Part shown: positions 23,889 to 38,273 of the stretch, in pieces
How positions within the stretch are numbered: the stretch's first letter is position 1
Layout of the letters: each line of letters opens with the position of its first letter
DNA from: Octopus vulgaris
Taxonomy: Eukaryota
Reading direction: 5' to 3'
DNA length: 64,000 bases
Assembly: GCA_951406725.2 (NCBI GenBank)
Contig: OX597818.1
Location: forward strand, 147,312,001 to 147,376,000
Translations under genes and position numbers: made by a program
Notes under the pieces: model-generated
Told to the model about the DNA's origin: nothing
Databases searched by the model: none
The model's input: only the letters and a program-made list of their open reading frames with translations

Positions 23889-26800
23889 GTAAGTTTTAAT
23901 TTTCATTTGAATTTTTAGTGTCAGTCTTGTGTTAATTACTCTAATGATATTGTCTTGTATGGGTTGGGCTCATTTATTGAGATCAATTAGCCTGAGCTGA
24001 GCTGTTGGAATTAATTAATCTGGGCTAGGCTGAGCCACTGAGATAAATCGGACTGAACTGAGCTGTTAATATTAGTTGGGCTGAACTTTTGAGATCAACT
24101 GGGCTGGGCTGGGCCATTAAGATTATGTTGAGTTGGGGTTAAGCTATATTTGAGTTGTCCTCAACTGTTACTAAGTTGAATAAAAGGATTAATTTGTATA
24201 AGTGACAAGCACCAGGAATGTTGATATATTTCAATATATTTTAGTGTAATGAGATTAGCAATTCACTGGAGAGTAAGTTAATCTGTTTGAGACAGTATAG
24301 ATGAAGAGGATCAGGGTGATGGAAGATACAAAAAAAAAGTGGTATTGAGTCTAGTATATGTGTATCTATATTTGAGCTGAGTGTTGTTAATATTTTCTAC
24401 TTAGACTAATGCACATATGGATACAGGCATAAATTCATAATATACAACCATAAGTATAGTTATTCATATATAAACCATATGCATATTCTCATTTTTTTCT
24501 CTCAAGAAGGGCAGGTGCTTATGAAAGAAAGCATTTGAACTTGACTTCCTGTCTCAGAGGAAACATTTTTGTATATTCTCATGGACATAGTTTAAAACTT
24601 ACTATTACAATGCAGTAATTCTGATTATATCCTGGGGTACCTGGTTATAAAACAAAACTGTTCTTCAAACCATCCATATTAATTTTTGAACTTGAATATA
24701 AAGCTGTAAAAGAAACAAATATCAGTCCAATATTTTAGAAAAGGTGCCAAGCACATCACCTCATTGTTTCCTCACAAGAAGGTGTCAATGTTACAGGAAA
24801 TTTTATTTTGATCTACACAGGGAAGGGCATGGCTGTGTGGTCAACAAATTTACTTCCTAACCACAGGGTTTTGGATTCAGCCCCACTGTGGATAGTAGCT
24901 TCCCAGCCAACTAGAGCCTTGTGAATGAGTTTGTTAGTTGGAAAGTGTAAGAAGGCTGTTAAAGATATATATATATATATATATATATGCATGTGTGTTT
25001 CTAGTTGAAGATATATATATGCGTATATAGAACAATGCCTTGACATTGTATGAAAGTTCTAAATGGGTGCCATGATTATACAAGTGGCATCCTTCCAATA
25101 TTGTGTGAAAATATGTCTGATTATGGGGAATTATTGCTGTACTTAGAAACAAGTGAGGGTCGGCGACGTGAAGGGCATCCTACCATAGAAAATCTGACCC
25201 ATGCAAGCATTGGAAAAGTGGACATTAAATGATTGATGATGGAGAAATGGGAAATTTTTATATTTCTCACTAAGGGTAGAGAACTCTTTTCAAGCTCCTT
25301 TTCGAAATATCTTGTTGCAAAAATAGGAATGAAATAAAGGCACAAAAATAGTTTGACAAAACTGATTCATAACATTTAATATCGTATTCATAGTATTAAA
25401 ATATTTTCAGAAGTTTCCTGGTGTACTTCTGCTCACTAGTAAACCAAGTGGATACTGAAATTATGTTACTAAAATTGAGTCCCAGGTCAGTTTTGCTTGT
25501 GCAGATTTATGGCCAAAAGCATTCGCGTCTTGACCATCCTACGTATTCAAACATTACGTAAACTTGTGACTGCATTATCTAATTTGTACTGAAAACATGG
25601 TATTGCCAATAGTAAGATTATATTTTTTTATATATTCCAGTTCAGGAATATTAGTATAGTTGTTATAGATTTCCAATAATTCTGATGGTGAATATGACAA
25701 GGGTGTGTCTGTCTAACATAATGCATAATAAACACGAGATGAGGTAGTGAAATATGATCTTTAGATGTTGAGTTTCGTGGAGGAATTTGCTGTACTTGAG
25801 AAGACATATCAAGCTAAGTAAAGTTGTGGTTGTGACCAGTGGCATGTGAAAGGCACCTATGCAGGTGACTCATAAAAGACACCCAGTACACTCTGTAGAG
25901 TGGTTGGTGTTAGGAAGTGTATCCACCTGTAGAAACGAACCCAAAACAGACTGGAGCCTGATGCAGCTTACCAGCTCCAGTCAAACCGTCCAACGCATGC
26001 CAGCATGGAAAATGGATGCTAAATGGTGACGATGATGTCTTCACTTGTTATGCACAGTTTTTTCGGCTTTTCATTGTTTATATCCTTCAAATATTGATAT
26101 ACATACTCAAACATAGTGATTTCAGTCCTACTGTGTAGTAGACTGGGAATTGTCATTTTCTGTGGGTGAAATTGGTTAGAGGGAAAATATATAGAAGCCC
26201 ATTGAATCTATCTGTAGTTCAAAGTCACCCTCTCCTCATGTACTGTGCCATACTAATTCTGCCTTAGAATTTTGCTGAGAGTACACATGTCTCTGGAATA
26301 CTTAGCCACTTTCACACTGATTAAACGAGCAGGTAATTCAGTTGATTAAACGAGCGAATCCTCATCAAAACATATGAGGAATTATATATATATAAAATAC
26401 ATAATTTTAAGATCCAAGGATTCACATGTAGGTAGTTAGTAAACTTCAAGCAGTCCATAGTAGGTATAAAAAACAATTTTCGGGAACAATAATAATTTAT
26501 TGGTGTAGAAGATTGTAGGTTTTTACCCATATCAAAGTTCGATAAGCTTAATATGTGTGTGTGTATATATATATATATATATTCCACAAATGAGCACTGA
26601 AAAAAGGGGAGTAATGTATGTACATTTCAAAGGACTATAATATAATATAGGAAGATTTGAAAATCAGTCGTATGGTCAGTAAGTTTGAGGGTGAAACTAA
26701 AGAATTTGTATTGTTTCATATAGGTGCAGACATGGCTGTGGCAAAGATTTCCTTTGCAACGCTAGATAGTTTTAGATTCAATCCCATTGTATGGCACCTT

Positions 26801-28802
26801 ACATAATTGCCTTCTTCAATAGCCTTGGGTTAATCTGAACTGCTGCATAGTTCATATCTATTAAATTCTTCTATTGAAGTATTTGTAACTGTAGAAACCA
26901 TGCCAAAGTAGACAATGGAGGCTGGTCCAGCTTTCTGGTTTGCCAGCATGGAAGTTAGACCGTAAATGATTATGGTGATGACATAATCATTTTAACATCC
27001 ACTTTCATGCTTGCAGGAGTCAGACAGAATTTAAGGTAGAATTTCTATAGTTGAATGTCTTTCCTTTCATCAGCATTCACCTGTTTCCAAGCAAGGTGAT
27101 ATTTCTCCCTGACATGTTTTACTTGGGAAACTGTGATCAAACATCACTCGTATAACAGTGATACTCACTCAGAATCATCCCATGGTGTGGAGACACACAC
27201 ACTCACATATGATGTGTGTGATTCGGTTTCCATCTATGAACTCTACTCTTTGGTTGGTCTGAGGCTATAGCAGACACTTAAATGTGCTGTGCTGTGGACT
27301 TGAACCTGAAACCACATAGTTAAGAAGCAAGCTTCTTAACCATGCTGCCATGCTTGCACCAATCATCATCATCATCATGTGTTTGTTTTCCATGCTGGCA
27401 TGTGTTGGACAGTTTGACAGGGTCCATTGAGCTGCAAGGACTGCATCAAGCTCCAATGTCAGCTTTGGCATAGTTTCTACAGTTGGCTCTCCTAATGCCA
27501 ACCACTTTACCATGTATATTCAGTACTTTTTTCATACCACTGACACTAGTGAGGTAACCAAAAGATTGCGAAAGGAGAGTAACAGATGATTAAAGATAGA
27601 GGTAGAGGTTGGTGGGAAATACTTTTAGAAGGTGGGCAAATTGAGAGAGATAGAAGTGGCTCAGGAAGGAAGATAGATCAGAAAATAGGGAGATGATGTG
27701 TAAGATGTAACAGTGAGAGGAGGAAGGTGGTTATTATTGAGTGGGACAACAACAGTGGGGTAAGGGGGTCATTGATGGCACATTTGAGAGGTGTTAAAGA
27801 TGAGGTATAGCAGGCCTAAGGTGTAGCTCAGAAGGGAATGAGAGAACTTAAGACACAGGAGACTGATCAGTGGAGAATAGTGTGTGAAGGGTTTATAATG
27901 AGAATGATGTTAATGGGTGATTACAGGGGAAGAAGGAGGTAACTGGTAGTGCCAAAAAGATTGGGTGGTGGTCAAATATGTACTGAATCTGCTCTCAAGT
28001 GATTACAGAAGCCAAATATGAGTGATAGAGGGATGCATGTTAAGAGGATGAGATTTGTGGAATGCTTAGTGGATCAGATATATATACATATTTGCTCCAT
28101 GCAGATATATGTGCAGTGGGTTTCTGCAGATTTCATTTGCTACTATCATCTATTTCATACCCATTTAATAAAGAGTTAACATTGCGTATTTCAATGTTGT
28201 TGTTGTTTTAATCGTTGTTTGTGAACTGTTGGGGCAAGTGGTTGTTGTGTTGTTAGTGATATTGTATTTTCAGCCAGAAAGAAAAGAAGATACTGAAGTA
28301 GGCAGAGTGTTAGTGTTAATCATCCCCTTGGCCTCTGGCAGTCAAAACATATTTAGCTGTCATAGTAGGATGATGGCATGTCTACAGTATCTTAGATATC
28401 AATAATGTTTCACATGTGCATTGGTTCACTAATCAACAACAATAGTTGCATATGACAAAGTTTGGACTTCTGATCATGTTTAGCTGGTGAACTAATTAAA
28501 TGCTTAAAATAGAATCCTTACTGTAATGAATTCTATACAAATTCCCATATTTGCATGGAAAGAAGTAGAGATTATTGAGATGTAAATGGAAAGTGATGGT
28601 GGTAAGAGATTTGTTGATAGTGAGACAAGATAAAGTAGGTGAGAATGATAGAGAAAAGTGTACGTATGTACTTATGTCCTCACATTGTACTATAACATGC
28701 AGTTTGGCAATTTGTATGCTATTGTTTTGCATTCTGTGGAATTTATTGTCCAATATTTTTGCATTCGGCTGATTTTTTTTCTTTTCCTTTTATTTGCTGC
28801 AG

Positions 28803-28860
28803 GTTTCTCAAACAGTCCAGGGAATTATGAACCAACCTCATTAGTAGAGTGTTTAAAACG
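28803..28860 (+). CDS. USP22: USP22 exon 9 (SFSNSPGNYEPTSLVECLKR)
   Basis: TSLxECLxR motif; pyrimidine tract + tgcag, CG|GTAATT donor; phase 1 to 2 fits both neighbours. Confidence 0.93.
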
Positions 28861-29350
28861 GTAATTTTACAGCTTTATTTTTTTTCCTGTCTTTTATCAT
28901 TGCTATATTTCTTCTCTTCATTGAGCTCTCCGGTGCTGTCATGACTAGCAAAGTCCATCCCTCTCCAGATCTGAACTCAGCTGATTTCTTCCAGAGACAA
29001 AGTGACAAAAAGAAAATGGATAATCAGTTTTAATATCTGTTTTTCCATATGTAGCTGGGTCAACTAAAACTTGTTGAGATTTCCATAACCAGATGCTCTT
29101 TTGATTACCATTCCTCAACTGTTTCCAACTAAAGTAATATTTCTCTTGGTTCTTTGAACATGAACAGCTCAATGGCCAGGTATATTTTTCATGGCAGATT
29201 GCAAACAAATGACACGGTTTTATATGAGGGTTGACTTTGTTTACAATCAGCATGCAAATGATGAGACAAATAAAAAACAAACTCACATTCTCACATATGA
29301 ATGCTAATATGCATGCATGACAGACTTCTTTCATTTTGTATATGAAATTT

Positions 29351-29512
29351 CATCATCATCATCATCATCATCGTTTAGCGTCCGTTTTCCATGCTAGCAT
29401 GGGTTGGACGGGTCAACTGGGGTCTGTGAAGCTGGAAGGCTTCGTCAGGCCCAGTCAGATCTGGCAGTGTTTCTATGGCTGGATGCCCTTCCTAATGCCA
29501 ACTACTCCGCGA
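29351..29512 (-). mobile_element. Short 3' end of the RTE family with (CAT)n tail
   Basis: (cat)n + ttagcgtccg...ggctggatgcccttcctaatgccaac, matches 39033-39195. Confidence 0.8.
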
Positions 29513-31150
29513 GATTTTGATTAGTATAGTAGAAAACTCTTGCCCAAGGTGCCATGCAATAGGACTGAACCCAAAACCATATAGCTGCAAAGCGAACTTA
29601 TTAACCACATAACCATGCATAAGTCTATTGGCTTCATATCTTAATTTCAGTCAGAATTTTACCTTTTCTTTCTGCAGATCAATAAAAATTGCTCCATGAG
29701 GAATTTTATTAAACTTGGCTGAATGCTTTAGCACTACTGTTCATAATGATCATAGATTTGTTAATTTAATTTTTGGGTTTCATTATTCTACTTCATTTAT
29801 ATGTAACATGGAAGATTCCATGTTATCCCCCATAGACTATCAGACCTCAGCTTTCTGTGGAATGCTACAATTGCCCACTCCTCTCACACTCACTATTTTC
29901 CTATTTTATTGTCAGATAAGTGGGTTTTTTGTTCATTTTTGTGCCTTACTCAGCAGCAAGTACAAACTCTCTTCGTTCAAGAGTTTAATACCTTCTTTAT
30001 AAAAATAATCTTACAAAGTATTGTTTATTCATTGAAACAAAAAATTCATAATTACTGGGATTACAGATTGCAAATTTTACCTCAGACTAGAGATAATCCA
30101 AATTGATAATCAGCGTTAATACACTACAAAAGTCTTTTCTTTTATATTGCTGTATTTTACTGTTGTTGAATGCAAGTAGCATGTTTACTTATTTGGCCAC
30201 ATGCAATAACCCTAATTTAAATTGTAACAAACAAAAATTTACTGCCCATGACTTCTTTTCTCCTTTTTTTATTTCACCAAGTCTCGTGAATTCTCGTGAA
30301 TGGGACAAGGGCAATAACTCTGGATATCCTTTAGTCTACATTATTATACAAATATAATTGTAGAATCTTACATGCATCCTGCCACTTTCCATATGGCTTT
30401 TCATATATAAAAAAAAGTATCAAAAATTATAAGACTGAATTAAATTACAATTAGTGCTTTTACTTTTATTTGCCCATTTATTTATTCAGTTTATGGTATC
30501 TCTCCAGTCTGAGAAAGACGGTTTATTTATAGTGATCAAATGTTTATGCTGTACAAAGGCTCATTCCCTCCTTCAAATCAACTTTACCTGTACAGGTGCT
30601 TGGTGTACCACGCATTTAAATATCAAAGTTATCATAGAGCAACATGAAATAAAGTGTTTTGCTCAAGAATACAACACACTGGTCAGTCTAGAATTAAAAG
30701 TCCTTAGTCCACTTTCCATGCACGACAAACAACGATGATGTGACCTGTCTAAAATTATATTAAGGTTCTAACAAGTCATTAGCTAAGTCTTGCTGTAGTC
30801 CATATGATAATTACATAGTCTTCAGTAGCTTTGTATGTCTATTGATATAACTATCGGGTATTCAGATCATGTCATAGTTCTTTGTCTTTATCCATTTGTA
30901 GGCACTAAACTTTAGTAATGAAAATATGTCCTTAGTAAACTAATTACAGGCATTTTTTCCACAGTGAGATAGAAATTATGAGCCATTTTCTTCTAAGCAT
31001 TACTGGAATGTTCTATTCAAATTCATTTGTGGGGTTTTAGTGTATTTATAATACTTATTTTATTGATCCCAAAAGGTTGAAAAATAAAGCTAATCTTGAT
31101 GGCACATGAACTAAATTCCTTACTATCTCAATTACATTCATTGCTCTTAA

Positions 31151-31371
31151 CCTATTTTATTACCATATTTCTGTTGGAATATGTTGCCATTGTTTCAATT
31201 AACTTTGAAAATAATCAAGAATTTTCTAAAATAGCTTTGCTTATTAAGCTGTTGTTTGGAACATAAATTAACCTGGAATTTTGTTGGAATGTTTTAATTT
31301 AGATAACTTTAATGCAGGAAGTTCACAACATAAAAACAAGGACTATCTCCGATGGGCTGGTGTTAAAAGGG
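31151..31371. mobile_element. Decayed piggyBac-type MITE
   Basis: TTAA on both sides (31147-31150, 31372-31375); imperfect TIRs cctattttattacca / tggtgttaaaaggg. Confidence 0.5.
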
Positions 31372-32691
31372 TTAATAGTTGTTTCATTTGATTAAAGATA
31401 GAACCAAATTCCATTGCAGAACATCATCATCATAGACGCTCTTCCCAACATCAACTGTTTTACAGAATATACTGGGTGCTTTTTATGGAGCACCAGCGCT
31501 ATGGCTTTGTTAAGAGAAATAAGCATAGTATATTACTAGCAGTGGCATTTACTACATAAACGCAAATAACAAATCAGATTTTAATATAAATTTTCATTTG
31601 TGTGAGAGACAGCTAGAAAGAAGGTAACATAAATGCTACATGTATCCCACTTCAATTATCTAGTTTTGATTATTAACATTGCATGCAATGGTTTAAGTAC
31701 CAGGGGTTGCACCTGATAATCCTTATTTTATGAACCTAGGAAGAAATGAAAGCTGATTTGAACCTTGCAGAGGGAAGGAACTGTGTTAGTCTACTATTGC
31801 TACCATTTTATGATTGAAATGATAATTTTTAATATTAGCTATGTGGTTAAAAATGACGTGGTTTGGGGTTTGTTTCTACTACATGGTCCTATTGGCAGGG
31901 GTCTCTTCTATGGTCTTGCACTGACCAGTGCCTGAGTGAATTTGATAAGCAAAAACTGTAAAAAGCCTTTTGGTGTTTTGTAGGTTGTGTGGTGTCTTTC
32001 CATTGTATTGATGCTGTTTGCACTGTAGGTAAAAACAAGGTCACTGTCCAGGCAAACAGTATCATTGTTTACAATGTGCTGTAAAAACATTTCTGTTTGT
32101 TGTTTGAGGGACTACAAGAAATATTACCTTAATTGGGAACAGATTGTGGATGGTGATAGGAAGGGCATGCATTCATAAAATATCTACCTCAAAATGCATG
32201 GAAAAATGCACATTAAAATGATGGTGGTGGTGGTAGCAGTGGCATCAGAGGTCTATAATTATGATAGAAATCAAATTGACTTATTTTATTGTCCCTGAGA
32301 AAGTAATAGCCAAAATTTATCCTTGTAACCCCTGAGGGAAGAAAGGCAAAATTGACTCCAGTGGAGCTTCTTGGTCTCAGAATGTAAAGAAATGGGTCCA
32401 AATACTGATAGGCATCTATTTAGTCAAACATATTCTACTGATTTTGACACTTCAACACCATTTTATTGTCAATAAACATATAATAATTGTTTCCAAGTAT
32501 TATATTCTAGTTAAGCACAAGACCAACAATATTGAGAAGAGAGGAGGCTAGTTGATTATATTGATCCCAGTACTTGGTTGGTACTTGAGCTATTGAGGTC
32601 GATGTTATTGACTAATCTCCAATGATACTTTATTTGAATATTCACTGTTATTCTTAGTGTGAATATTCACATTTATGTATATATTTTTCAG

Positions 32692-32818
32692 ATTTACCAA
32701 ACCAGAACATTTGGGCAGCTCTGCAAAAATCAAATGTAGCAGTTGTCATAGTTACCAAGAATCTACAAAACAGTTGACCATGAAAAAACTGCCAGTGGTT
32801 GCATGCTTCCATTTAAAG
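32692..32818 (+). CDS. USP22: USP22 exon 10 ([42 protein letters not shown])
   Basis: Near-identical to USP22; ttttcag acceptor, AAG|GTAAGA donor; phase 2 to 0. Confidence 0.98.
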
Positions 32819-33614
32819 GTAAGAATTTGGATTGTATGCTTGCTGAAAATGAAGAGCATCAGTTGGGTAGTGATGCTGTTGGGCAGCTGACCATCAGTCA
32901 TTTTCACATGGGCACAAAATAGGTTTGTGTGTATTGTATTTGATTTAATGATTTGTGTAGGTTATGACTTAGTCAGAGGAGGGAGGGCTGTCTGTTGTCC
33001 ATGAGCCTTTGAGGTGGAGCAGAGGGAAGTGGGATGACTATCCTCAAACCAAGCGCCTGGCCCAAATACTTGCAACAGGGTGAACTCTGCTAAAGGTACT
33101 CAAGAACCAGGTGATTATGTTAAACTGATGGATTAATTCTACATATTGAGTACGAAGCTAAGTGCCAAAATAAATAACTTAGTGTTTTTTCCCAGCTGTG
33201 ACTTGTCTACTATTTCCAAGAACTGGAATGGTTTACCAAATGAGGTTCTGCACACTCCCTTTTTACCAAATTCCACTCACAAGGATTTAGACAATTCAAG
33301 GTTGCTGCATAGTTGGGTTGAACCTGAAACCTCACAGTTGTGAAACAAACATCTGTACCACATAAACTTCTCTATGCCTATTGTAAAGTCACAGCTAGTT
33401 GGATCAGTAGTTGTTAACAGTAAGTGCAATAGTATATATAAAATGAGATGATTTGGAAAGGATAGTATTAGATTTAAATCACCTCTTGGAGATTGGATCC
33501 TGCTAATCTTGTTTAATCTATAAACACTACCACGAAGCAGAACTTTAATGTGATGAGTACTCCTACAAGCTAATGCATCATCATAAATGAAAACACTGTT
33601 GTGCATTAGGACTA

Positions 33615-34650
33615 ATCATCATCATCATCGTTTAACGTCTGCTTTCCATGCTAGCATGGGTTGGACTGATGAACCAGATGGCTGCACCAGGCTCCAATCT
33701 TGATCTGGCAGAGTTTCTACAGCTGGATGCCCTTCCTAATGCCAACCACTCCAAGAGTCTAGTGGGTGCTTTTACGTGCCACAGGCACGGGGGCCAGTCA
33801 GGTGGTACTGGCAACAACCTCGCTCGAATCTTTTTACACATGCCACTGGCACAGGTGCCAGTAAGTCGATGCTGGTAATGATCACGTTCGAATGGTGCTT
33901 TTTACGTGCCACCGGCACGGAAGCCAGTTAGCCGCTCTGGCAACGATCACACTTGGATGGTGCTCTTTGCACCTCACTAGCAAGGATGCCAGTCATCAAA
34001 CTTGATTTGGATTTCACTTGCCTCAACAGGTCTTCGCAAGCAGAGTTTAGTGTCCAAAGAAGGAAAAGGTACGCATAAGTGGGCTGGTTACGCCCCTGGC
34101 ATAGGCCACGAGGTTATGGTCTCATTTGGCTTGCTGGGTCTTCTCAAGCACAGCATATCTCCAAAAGTCTCGGTCACTAGTCATTTCCTTGGTGCGACCT
34201 AAAGTTCGAAGGTCGTGCTTCATCCCAGGTCTTCCTGGGTCTACCTCTTCCACAGGTTCCCTCAACCGCTAGGGTGTGGCACTTTTTCACACAGCTATCC
34301 TCATCCATTCTCGCCGCATGACCATACCAGCGCAGTCGTCTCTCTTGCACACAACATCTGATACTTCATAAGTCCGACTTTTCTCTCAAGATACTTACAC
34401 TCTGTCTAGTATGCACACTGACATTACACATCCATCAGAGCATACTGGCTTCATTCCTTGTGAGCTTACACATGACCTCAGCAGTCACAGCCCATGTTTC
34501 ACTGCCATGTAGCATGGCGGTTCGTACACATGCGTCATACAGACTACCTTTTACTCTGAGCGAGAGGCCCTTTGTCACCAGCAGGGGTAAGAGCTCTCTG
34601 AACTTTGCTCACGCTATTCTCATTCTAGCAGCTACACTTTCAGCGCACCC
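33615..34650 (-). mobile_element. RTE-clade LINE, 5'-truncated (RT C-terminus + 3' UTR with tandem units), in intron 10
   Basis: High similarity to 39033-40170; (CAT)n tail at about 33615. Confidence 0.92.
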
Positions 34651-35632
34651 TGTCAGTATTATATTGAAGTGTGTGTACATGCAGGTGCACACAGACACAC
34701 ACACAAACACATATATATATATAAAGTTCCACTTTTATTCCACATCATAACTGTAATCATCATCATTGTTTAACATCCATTTTCCATGCTGGCATGGGTT
34801 GGATGGTTTGACAGGAGCTGCCCAGGCTCTATTTGTCTGTTTTGTCATGGTTTCTACAGCCGGTTGCCTACCCTTCCTAATGCCGGCCACTTCACAGATT
34901 GTACAGGGTGCTTTTAACATGGCACCAGCACCCATGAGCCTGCAAGACTAGGATCTTTCAGCTCAGAGAGAGATGTAAGAGACATTGCTGTATGCATAGA
35001 TAGCCACAATTTTACTTAGCTTGGCATGTCTTCTCAAGCACGGCAAACTGCCAGGAGTCTCCATCCCTTCTCATCTCCTCTGTGAGCCTAACATCTGAAG
35101 ATCCTCAAAAGGAATGCTAAATATATAACTAAAAAAAATTATTAGTAATTGCTTCACTGCTGTCCAAATGTCTTTCAGTTATTGGACTGCAGCCATGCTG
35201 TGGCACTTTCTTGAAGGGTCTAATTGAACAAATCAACCTCAATACTTATTTTTAAGCTCAGTACTTATTTTATTGGTCTCTTTTGCTGAATCACTAAGTT
35301 GCAGAAATATAAACCACCACCAGTTGTCAGAACACATATATTTATATGATAAGCTTCTTTTGGTTTCCATCGGCCAGATCCACTCCAAAGGCTTTGGTTG
35401 GCCTAGGGCTATAGTTGAAGACACTTGACTAAGGTACTGTGCAGGTACTAAGGTATTCAGCCTGAAACCACAGGGTTGGGAAGCAAGTTTCTTAGCCATA
35501 CATCTACATCTGTGTCTGTATTAATGATAAATTTAATCTTTGTCATAATAGCATGTAAAAATAATATAAAATTGTTGTGATGAATTTTCTAGAAAGTCCA
35601 TGAAATAATTTCTTTTTCTGATGTACTTTCAG

Positions 35633-35796
35633 CGGTTTGAACACTCCACGGGTTACCACAAGAAGATCTCCACATTTGTGTCATTTCCAGAAGAATTGGA
35701 CATGACTCCATTCATGTCATCATCTCGCAGTAACAACAATGGTTATCGAAATCAAGTTGTCCAAGAATCTGCCAAAAGTCTTTCCTGTGATAACAA
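35633..35796 (+). CDS. USP22: USP22 exon 11 ([30 protein letters not shown]...SLSCDN)
   Basis: RFEH...[13 protein letters not shown]; tttcag acceptor, AA|GTAAGA donor; phase 0 to 2. Confidence 0.97.
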
Positions 35797-36419
35797 GTAA
35801 GACATTAGTATTGATATCTTCTGCCATCTAATGATCTCTGAGGAGGAGAAAATATCTATAATCATTACTGGTGCTGCTGTTCCAAAATTGTGTCTAAATC
35901 ATTCATTTCCTATAATTTTAAAACCTATGAAGGCCTCCACTGGTCAGTGTTGACCATGCATAAATGCAGGCCTGGGCCAGATTTTTTGAGAAACACTAGC
36001 AGTTGCCCGTATAAGCAACTCTTCCCTCTCCACATGACAATGTTTATTCAAGGAAAAGGTAGTTGACTTGGGCTGATACAGTTTGGTGCCAATGTTGTTG
36101 CAATCATTGCTGTCAGAATGAACTGTTTTTCCATTCCAACATCCTAAAATTGGTACATTAATAGGTGTGCCACTTTACTGGTGTTGAAATTGCACTCTCT
36201 ATAAGTGTTCAAAGCCACTTGAAATTTTGTCCTTCATTGAAAAGGATAAAAGACAAATTAAACTTCAGTAAAGTTCAGAATGCAGAGAGTTGGAATAAAT
36301 ACCATTAGGCATTCTATCCAATACTCTAATGACTTCGCCAAACAGCTTTATCTCTCTGTCTGTCTACATATATTTATTTACCATTTTTCTAAGAGAGGAC
36401 TTTGTGGTACAAACAACAC

Positions 36420-36780
36420 AACAAATCGTTTTTTATTCCAGCTTTCATGCTAAACAATAGTTTATGTTGTAGGCCCCATGACAGTTTCCTCCATTTTGCC
36501 CTATCCTCAACATTTCCCCTCGTCTTTAACTGTCTTTTTTGGTCTGCCTCTATTTTCATCACTCCTTTTATCCAATCACTTTCATCTTTCCTCAGCATAT
36601 CATCTGGCCATCTCTTCCAATCTCTTTTCACAGCATCTATCATTGGCTTTATTCTCATCAGTCTCTTCAGTTTATTATTTTTCTGCCACCCTTATACTCT
36701 CCTCATTCACCAAACCATTCTCATTTCTATTCTTTCCAAAGCATTGTTGTTGCTTTTATTAGCCATATATTCTGTTTAGA
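36420..36780 (-). mobile_element. Old RTE-like LINE 3' fragment
   Basis: Minus-strand ...RWPDDMLRKDESDWIKGVM...VEDRAKWR resembles a degenerate RTE C-terminus (RWxGHVxR...DRxxWR). Confidence 0.5.
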
Positions 36781-36851
36781 TCTTAGTTTCTTGAACTCTG
36801 CATTTCATAATTTTAATTTATTGTTTATTATTCCCATTCTCTCTTTATTAG

Positions 36852-37001
36852 ATACTCACTATTTGCTGTAGTGAACCACAGCGGCACAATAGAAACTGGA
36901 CATTATACATGTTACATCAGGCTGCACAAAAACCAGTGGTACAAATGTGATGATCATATGATCACCAAAGCTACACCACAAGAGGTTTTGAATAGTGAAG
37001 G
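36852..37001 (+). CDS. USP22: USP22 exon 12, His box ([23 protein letters not shown]...WYKCDD...VLNSEG)
   Basis: Catalytic GHY and CDD motifs; attag acceptor, GG|GTAAGT donor; phase 2-2. Confidence 0.98.
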
Positions 37002-37275
37002 GTAAGTAAAAATACTGTATATTTTTCTCTGAAAATCCTGAATAAACAAGTATAGTTCTCTGCCCCACCTTTCTTTTTGCTCTTCAAAATGCAAATTTGT
37101 GCTTGCATATTATTAAGTCAATGCCTTGTCATCTCAACATAATTTTAACCTCTTATTATGTACCCCAAGCTCAGTCAGGTTTGCAATACAGCATCTGATG
37201 TATATCAAACTGTCAAATGTTATTTGTGGTACTAATTTTCAGTTTTAAGGCATTAAATGATGATGAGGGTATACA

Positions 37276-38273
37276 TCTATATTATACTAAAACTCAATGT
37301 TTATTTGTTTTCCTGCCATTTAATTAAGATTATAAAGATTACAAATAAAATAGTAATTTCCCCCTTTAAGAAAAAAAAAATCAAGTTGAAAATGTCGATG
37401 CTTCAAAGAGTCCTGTCAGCGACCGCCATCCTTTTTCTTACTTCTTTTTTCTCATTTTTATGAGATATTTTTGAATTACAGGAACTTGTTTGTTTTTATT
37501 TCCTTAATGGGGAAAATTACTATTTTATTTCAAATAAAATATTAATCTTTATCATCTTAATCAAAATACAGAAAAGCAGAGAGAGAGAGAGAGAGAGACT
37601 CTGTCTTTTTATAGATGAAGATCAGTTGCAATGGGGGGAGTTGAATCTCATAAGAATGGGGGGAAACAATAAATAGGTTGTACCTTATAATGAAACCCTT
37701 TTAAGAGCATTCAAAATGCCATTGCAAAGCTGCTGTTCAAATAAACAATGATAACGAAATTAGTCAATATCTAATGGGTAGGTATATTGTGCCATCCGAA
37801 GCAGTTGCATCCATTTTAGGATTTTCAGTTCATGAAAGAGCACCTGCAATAGTGAGACTGCAAGTTCATCTTCCAGATGAACAAAGAATATTGCTTAGAA
37901 ATTATGAGGATATATATGGCTGTCAATGAACGACGTATAAGAACAACATTGACAGAATTCTTTTTCATTGTGCATCAATGATGACATTGCAAAAACATTA
38001 CTTGATGATGAAGTATCCCTGTATTTCATTTAGAACAGTAGTAACAAAGAATGGCAAAGAAGGAAGTAAGGAAAAAAGTTGAAGGCCATTTGAACGTTTA
38101 CAAAGAAGAAACGCTTCATCGCGTTGCGTTGTCACACTAAAGGCGTGAGAGCTGTATTACTTAAGAATTTTATTGCATGAAGTTCAAAATAGTATTTTTT
38201 CCTATCCTGCTGCACATCAACATTTTCAACTTGGAGTGTTTGTGGCCCAACGGATCATGGCGGGTACATCTAG
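37276..38273 (+). mobile_element. Non-autonomous Helitron with a remnant of the Rep/helicase gene, in intron 12
   Basis: 5' TCTATATTATACTAAAA, 3' GC-rich hairpin remnant + CTAG, inserted between A and T with no TSD; internal NEISQYLMGRYIVPSEAVASILGFSVHERAPAIVRLQVHLPDEQ, RTTLTEFF and YLRILLHEV are RepHel motifs. Confidence 0.88.
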
